The translations under genes were made by a program, and so were the position numbers. From positions 128,001 through 192,000 of the forward strand of contig JBCBZT010000004.1 of NCBI GenBank assembly GCA_039815185.1: a stretch of 64,000 bases of DNA. The letters run 5' to 3'. Of this stretch, positions 59,430-64,000 are shown piece by piece. Position 1 is the stretch's first letter. Each line of letters begins with the position of its first letter. The notes below the pieces were generated by a model. That model had not been told where the DNA came from. It did no database searches and was given only the letters and a program-made list of their open reading frames with translations. Source of the DNA: Cyanobacteria bacterium P01_A01_bin.123 (GTDB lineage: Bacteria; Cyanobacteriota; Cyanobacteriia; Phormidesmidales; Phormidesmidaceae).

Positions 59430-62010
59430 GGTGATGATCTGCCCGGCTAACCAGATCCGCCAGCGATTCTTGCCGCCATAATAGGGCTGTTGCATCCTCA
59501 ACAGGCAGAGGTTTGGCCCAATAGTAACCTTGGCCAAACTCGCAATCCATCGACCGCAGCGCCTCGGCTTGCGCTGGCGTTTCGACCCCTTCTGCAATCA
59601 AATCCATACCCAATGTATGTCCGAGGGAAATAATGGTGCGGATGATTTCGTGGTCCTCTCGACTTTCGTCCATCCTTTGCACAAAAGATAGATCGATCTT
59701 GAGGATATCCACTGGAAATCGACGCAGATGGTTAAGGGACGAATAGCCTGTCCCAAAATCATCCAGCCCCAACGTGCAGCCCAGGGATTTGAGTCGTAAC
59801 ATCAGATCGATCGCCACTTCAACATTACCCATCACCATACTTTCGGTAATTTCGAGTTTGAGCTCTGCCCCTTCGATGCCAGAATCACGAATGCTTTGAG
59901 CCAAGTGACCAATCAATTCGGGTTGTTCAAACTGGCGTCCAGAAATGTTGATGCCCATCATTAAGAGCTGGCTTGGAAATTGAGTTTTCCATTGGCGGAC
60001 TTGATGGCAAGCGGATTGGCAAATCCATTCGCCTAGGGGAATGATCAACCCAGTTTCTTCAGCCAAGGGAATAAACTGTTGAGGTGAAAGCAAACCCCGT
60101 TTAGGGTGATGCCATCGCACCAGTGCTTCAAACCCAACCACATTGCCACCATTGAGGGACATGATTGGCTGATAGTGCAACACAAATTCCTGGTTGTTGA
60201 TACCCTGGCGCAGATCTTTTTCTAGGGTGAATCGATCCACAGACTCTTCTAACATGCCTGCGGCAAATACTTGATAATGGGTCTCACCCAGAGATTTAGC
60301 GCGATACATCGCCGTATGGGCATCTCGCAGCAAATCTTCGGGCGTGTGTCGATATTCATGCTGGGTCAGCGCAATGCCGATGCTAGTGGTGATCACAATA
60401 GGCTGTTGATTAAGCCAGAAAGGATCTGCCAGCACCGTTTGCAGTTGGTCGGCGAGGGTCGTGAGGGTACCGTTATGACGTTGCTTACAGGCAAGCGCAA
60501 ATTCGTCACCACTCACCCTAGCTAAACGAACGGAACCGGGTAAGAGGGTATGCAACCGATCGACGATCAGCAGTAGCAGGCGATCACCCATTTGCCGTCC
60601 AAGACTTTGATTGATCAGTTGAAACCGATTCAGCCCTAGAAACATAACCCCCAAAGCGGATGACGGCTTGTCATGGGGTCGATGGGCTAATGATCGTGTC
60701 AGAGAACGGACAAAAGCACTACGATTGAGCAACCCTGTGAGGGTATCTCGAGTGGTGGCGTATCGCAGTCGGTGGGCCATGACAAAACCCAATCCCGCCA
60801 CAAAGCCCAAGGCAGGCTCCGCCATAGGAATCCAAATCAGCTGGCTAAATGAAATCCATCCGATGCCGCCAATCAGGCCCAGACAGACTGTCCCGGCCAC
60901 GCCAAAGGCTAAAGGATGGCGCAAACTCCACCCCAAACAACCGGCCACCGTTGCCCAACCCCAAAACCAGAGCCACTCTCCCCAACGCGGCCAAAATCGA
61001 AACAATCTCGGATTGTCAGAAGGAATATCGAGCAGTTGGCTGACCATCTGGGCATGGATGATTACCCCTGGCATCTGGAAGATATCTGATTGGGCAGAGC
61101 TATAGGGGGTATAGATCATGTCCTTTAAGCTGGGGGCAAAGGTGCCCACCAGCACGACTTTGTCGCGGATCCACTGAGGATTGACAGTGCCATTCAATAG
61201 TTGACTAAACGTGACGGTGTGGGCCACGTCCCGCCGAGTGCGATAGGGCAACATTACTTGATAGCCCCGAGTATCAGCCGTTTGATACCCCCCATCGGTG
61301 GCCTTTAGGGGAATCACGGGGCGATCGCCCATGAATAACGCATCTGGCGTTACGTCAAAGGTAATCCCCTCTGCTGCCAGATAGGCCAAACTCACCCGCA
61401 GTGCAAAGGAATAGTAATCTTGCTCTGCACCAGCGACAAACAGCAAATTGCGACGCAACACGCCATCTGCATCCAGTGTCAGGTTGTTAAAGCCCACTCG
61501 ATCAGCCTCAACCCCGGACGGCGGCGAAATGTCATGGGCCACATTCGTAATGACAATCAGGTTGTCAGCATGAAGCTGGGTTGCAAAGGCGGTTTGACCT
61601 GGAGGGACGACCATATCCCGGTAAAGATCTAGCCCGATTACTCGCGGTTGGTGCATTTGCAACTGGCTTAACCCCTGGGCCAACTCTTGATCAGATAGCG
61701 GCCAACCATAACGTTGTAAATCGTCTTCATTGATGGTGACAATCAACAACCGGGGATCTAAATCTGCATCGGGTTGCAGTTGAACAAATCGGTCAAAGAT
61801 CTGAAGCTCTAGGGATTCCAACACGCTGAACCGCTGCAGCCCCAAAAACAATCCAGTCAGAAGCGTACTTGAAACCAGCACTGAACGGCCTGCCACCCAA
61901 ATGATGCGAGGTAGGGGGCTTTTGTAAACGCTCAACTGTTGGATTTGCCGCAAACGCGATCGCAGTTGAGTCACTAGAGCAGCGATTGGCAAAGACACTC
62001 CAGACTTCAT
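59422..62010 (-). CDS. CHASE2-TM-GGDEF(degenerate)-EAL c-di-GMP phosphodiesterase
   Basis: CHASE2 (DPRLLIVTI, IGLDLYRD, DADGVLRR, MPGVIIHA), 3 TM, SGDEF, EALVRW, DDFGTGYSSL. Confidence 0.93.
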   Translation of the reverse strand: MKSGVSLPIAALVTQLRSRLRQIQQLSVYKSPLPRIIWVAGRSVLVSSTLLTGLFLGLQRFSVLESLELQIFDRFVQLQPDADLDPRLLIVTINEDDLQRYGWPLSDQELAQGLSQLQMHQPRVIGLDLYRDMVVPPGQTAFATQLHADNLIVITNVAHDISPPSGVEADRVGFNNLTLDADGVLRRNLLFVAGAEQDYYSFALRVSLAYLAAEGITFDVTPDALFMGDRPVIPLKATDGGYQTADTRGYQVMLPYRTRRDVAHTVTFSQLLNGTVNPQWIRDKVVLVGTFAPSLKDMIYTPYSSAQSDIFQMPGVIIHAQMVSQLLDIPSDNPRLFRFWPRWGEWLWFWGWATVAGCLGWSLRHPLAFGVAGTVCLGLIGGIGWISFSQLIWIPMAEPALGFVAGLGFVMAHRLRYATTRDTLTGLLNRSAFVRSLTRSLAHRPHDKPSSALGVMFLGLNRFQLINQSLGRQMGDRLLLLIVDRLHTLLPGSVRLARVSGDEFALACKQRHNGTLTTLADQLQTVLADPFWLNQQPIVITTSIGIALTQHEYRHTPEDLLRDAHTAMYRAKSLGETHYQVFAAGMLEESVDRFTLEKDLRQGINNQEFVLHYQPIMSLNGGNVVGFEALVRWHHPKRGLLSPQQFIPLAEETGLIIPLGEWICQSACHQVRQWKTQFPSQLLMMGINISGRQFEQPELIGHLAQSIRDSGIEGAELKLEITESMVMGNVEVAIDLMLRLKSLGCTLGLDDFGTGYSSLNHLRRFPVDILKIDLSFVQRMDESREDHEIIRTIISLGHTLGMDLIAEGVETPAQAEALRSMDCEFGQGYYWAKPLPVEDATALLWRQESLADLVSRADHHPN

Positions 62011-62053
62011 TCAAACAATAGTAATTATGACGTTCTCCCAGAATCTCATCTTT

Positions 62054-62200
62054 CTATCGGGTGCCGCCCCCAACCTGCCGCCCAGGGAAATTACCGCGAT
62101 CTGAACTGCCACCCTCAGCCCAGGCAGGCATAGCCATTGCCCCCAAAACGACAAAGGTCAGTAGGCCTATGGATACCGTTGCTCGTTTTAGGGAAATCAT
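62054..62200 (-). CDS. Small secreted peptide precursor (signal peptide + EGGSSDRGNFPGRQVGGGTR)
   Basis: Manual translation MISLKRATVSIGLLTFVVLGAMAMPAWA-EGGSSDRGNFPGRQVGGGTR*; purine-rich RBS; canonical n/h/c regions with AWA cleavage site; 43 bp upstream of the CHASE2 gene. Confidence 0.8.
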   Translation of the reverse strand: MISLKRATVSIGLLTFVVLGAMAMPAWAEGGSSDRGNFPGRQVGGGTR

Positions 62201-62810
62201 GAATAGCTCTCTTCTTTACTTATAAGCTCAGCAACAACGCTCAAAACATTTTGTTTGAAGATGGAGGTGTGTCTTCAGCTCAAGATCCCAAACTAACCTC
62301 TGACCCAGTGATGATTGAGGTTTGTTTCTTTAGGGATTTTTATTCCGTCATGTCTAGACTAGAGGGTATTCAACTGAAGAATAACCGTGATGACACCAGT
62401 ATTGAGTTATACCTAATTTAAAGACTGCTAAGTTTATATATAGTTTTAGACAACACCACGACTTTGAAAGGATTAGCGCTGTGCTTACACAATCGAACCC
62501 GGGTTGTTAGGGATTTAACTGATTCAGTATTTTGAGAGAGATTGGTATCATCTAACACATCTTAATGTGATAAAAATATAGGCTGAAATTACTTGGTTAT
62601 TGGGCTGATAACAGCGCTCGATTGAGTCATGAAGGGTGAGTGTTGCATGCTCGGGTCTGATCGACGGACAATTCTGAGAACCAGCAACAGACTCTGCTAA
62701 TAGCTGCTGACCCTCTGCGCAAAAATTCTATCAATCAGCGTTCCTTCTGCGAAGTCTGGGACAACCGTATTATGATGACGAATGAGCAGATTTAAGTTTT
62801 GTAAATTATT

Positions 62811-63434
62811 TTGACTTCAGTCTTTAAGCACACTCAATCTTTTGAGGCGGTTGCCGATTGGTATGCGCTTAATCCGATTTGGCAAGGCGCGGGAGAAGTT
62901 GTTCAGCAAGGCATGCCCCACGATCAGCTTTCCCCAACTTGGCAGATGCTGATGCTGGGGGACGGTTCGCCAACCCGTCACCTACAGTTATTGACACGTG
63001 AGCGTACCGAGGTCGATGTGATTGATATGTCCTTAATCGGCATGGACTTAGACAATGCGCCCAATTCAATTTGTATGGTGCCGGGCCCTAGGCTGAGGCG
63101 GCAAGTGTGGTTGCGCACGGCTTCCGGGCAGCGGCTTGCCTATGCTGCCTCTTGGTGGGAAGCCAGTCATGTAGATGAGTATTTGCAAAATCGATCGCTA
63201 CCCATTTGGGCCAGCTTGGCCCAGTTGCGGACGGAGCTTTATCGGGATATTCAAGGGATTTGCTACGGCTATTCTGCCGAGCTAGAAACTGAATTTGGTC
63301 AGGTGGGGCCTTTTTGGGGTCGTCATTACTTGTTTTGGCATGATGGTAAGCCCTTAACGCTGATCTATGAAGTCTTCTCCCCCTACTTGACCCGATATTT
63401 GGGGCCAACTCGCTTAGAGGTAACCCCTTCATAA
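62811..63434 (+). CDS. Chorismate pyruvate-lyase (cyanobacterial UbiC/DUF98 type)
   Basis: LGDGSPTRHLQLLT, RLRRQVWL, LAYAASWW, WGRHY, LIYEVFSP. Confidence 0.88.
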   Translation: MTSVFKHTQSFEAVADWYALNPIWQGAGEVVQQGMPHDQLSPTWQMLMLGDGSPTRHLQLLTRERTEVDVIDMSLIGMDLDNAPNSICMVPGPRLRRQVWLRTASGQRLAYAASWWEASHVDEYLQNRSLPIWASLAQLRTELYRDIQGICYGYSAELETEFGQVGPFWGRHYLFWHDGKPLTLIYEVFSPYLTRYLGPTRLEVTPS

Positions 63435-63559
63435 AGCCAGCCTAGGCCGGGATTGGGCGTTTCTTTGTAGCCAAAACTTGGGGTCTTGTTAATAATCACA
63501 ACTCATCCGGTAACGCTGGGTAAGACGGTGTTTTCTTGAATAGAGAGCAGGTTGTAACC

Positions 63560-64000
63560 ATGACACATCGTTTCATCCAAAGATTCGGGACTCGATTTGG
63601 GGCATTGCTGCTATTAGGACTGGCGATACCTACTGTGGGGCTGCTCCCAACATCGACAGCGATCGCCCAGGTAAGCACCGACCCCCATCAGCTGCTCCAC
63701 GACGGCATTAACGCCCTCAACCAAGGCAACTATCCCCTTGCGCTACAGCGGTTACAACTGTCTTTGAGTTTGTATCGGCGAGCAGGCGATCGCCTCTATG
63801 AAGGTGTTGTCTACAGTTGGCTGGGTTCGGTCTATGACGAGATGGGGCGCTATGACGACGCGATCGCGGCCCTAGAGCAAGCCTTAGCCATCAGCCAAGC
63901 AGTTGAAGATCGAGTCGGCGAGGGGGTAGCCCTTAATCAAATTGGATTAATTCATCAGCGACGGGGCAATGACGCCGAAGCGCTGGATGCCTACGAACAA
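63560..64000 (+). CDS. Secreted TPR protein (partial, runs off window end; possibly TPR-CHAT)
   Basis: MTHRFIQRFGTRFGALLLLGLAIP... signal, then TPR units GDRLYEGVVYSWLG / EDRVGEGVALNQIG. Confidence 0.85.
   Translation, partial: MTHRFIQRFGTRFGALLLLGLAIPTVGLLPTSTAIAQVSTDPHQLLHDGINALNQGNYPLALQRLQLSLSLYRRAGDRLYEGVVYSWLGSVYDEMGRYDDAIAALEQALAISQAVEDRVGEGVALNQIGLIHQRRGNDAEALDAYEQ

Larger units (their letters stand above)
1..64000. repeat. Dispersed HIP1 octamer GCGATCGC
   Basis: Dozens of copies (e.g. 2461, 6121, tandem at 9849-9866), mostly within coding regions. Confidence 0.95.

Noticed and set aside
61793..62053. Read-through of the micropeptide stop into ORF 61793-62014, i.e. a broken DUF928 gene
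   Set aside because: The in-frame continuation does not resemble DUF928 and overlaps the CHASE2 gene in another frame

Overview
Chromosomal segment of a cyanobacterium, probably a filamentous Leptolyngbyaceae/Nodosilinea-like strain. Support: dense HIP1 octamers (GCGATCGC), a ThiO-ThiG fusion, Psb34, Uma2 and pentapeptide-repeat genes. Housekeeping genes include rsmH, rbfA, tsaB, cimA, slyD, a Dam-type methylase, plqA, a UbiC-type chorismate lyase, and the pncB-nadD-nrtR-nadE NAD salvage operon with an upstream NrtR box. Accessory modules are: a decaying Uma2 islet; a stand-alone PPTase/FAAL/acyl-ACP dehydrogenase/ACP cassette; a three-gene putative cell-wall operon; three STAND (AAA_35) genes including a truncated duplicate; a beta-helix protein with lectin-like repeats; and an AraC/EamA/HipA-kinase islet. 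The strongest candidate for a new system is an unannotated 48-codon ORF (62054-62200, minus strand). It encodes a signal peptide plus a 20-residue mature peptide ending PGRQVGGGTR-stop, which resembles the N-terminal motif of DUF928. It lies directly upstream of a CHASE2-GGDEF(degenerate)-EAL receptor and near a secreted TPR protein that may carry a CHAT domain. This suggests a peptide-ligand/c-di-GMP signalling module. No rRNA, tRNA, CRISPR array or IS element was recognised. All family assignments come from motifs read by eye, not database searches.
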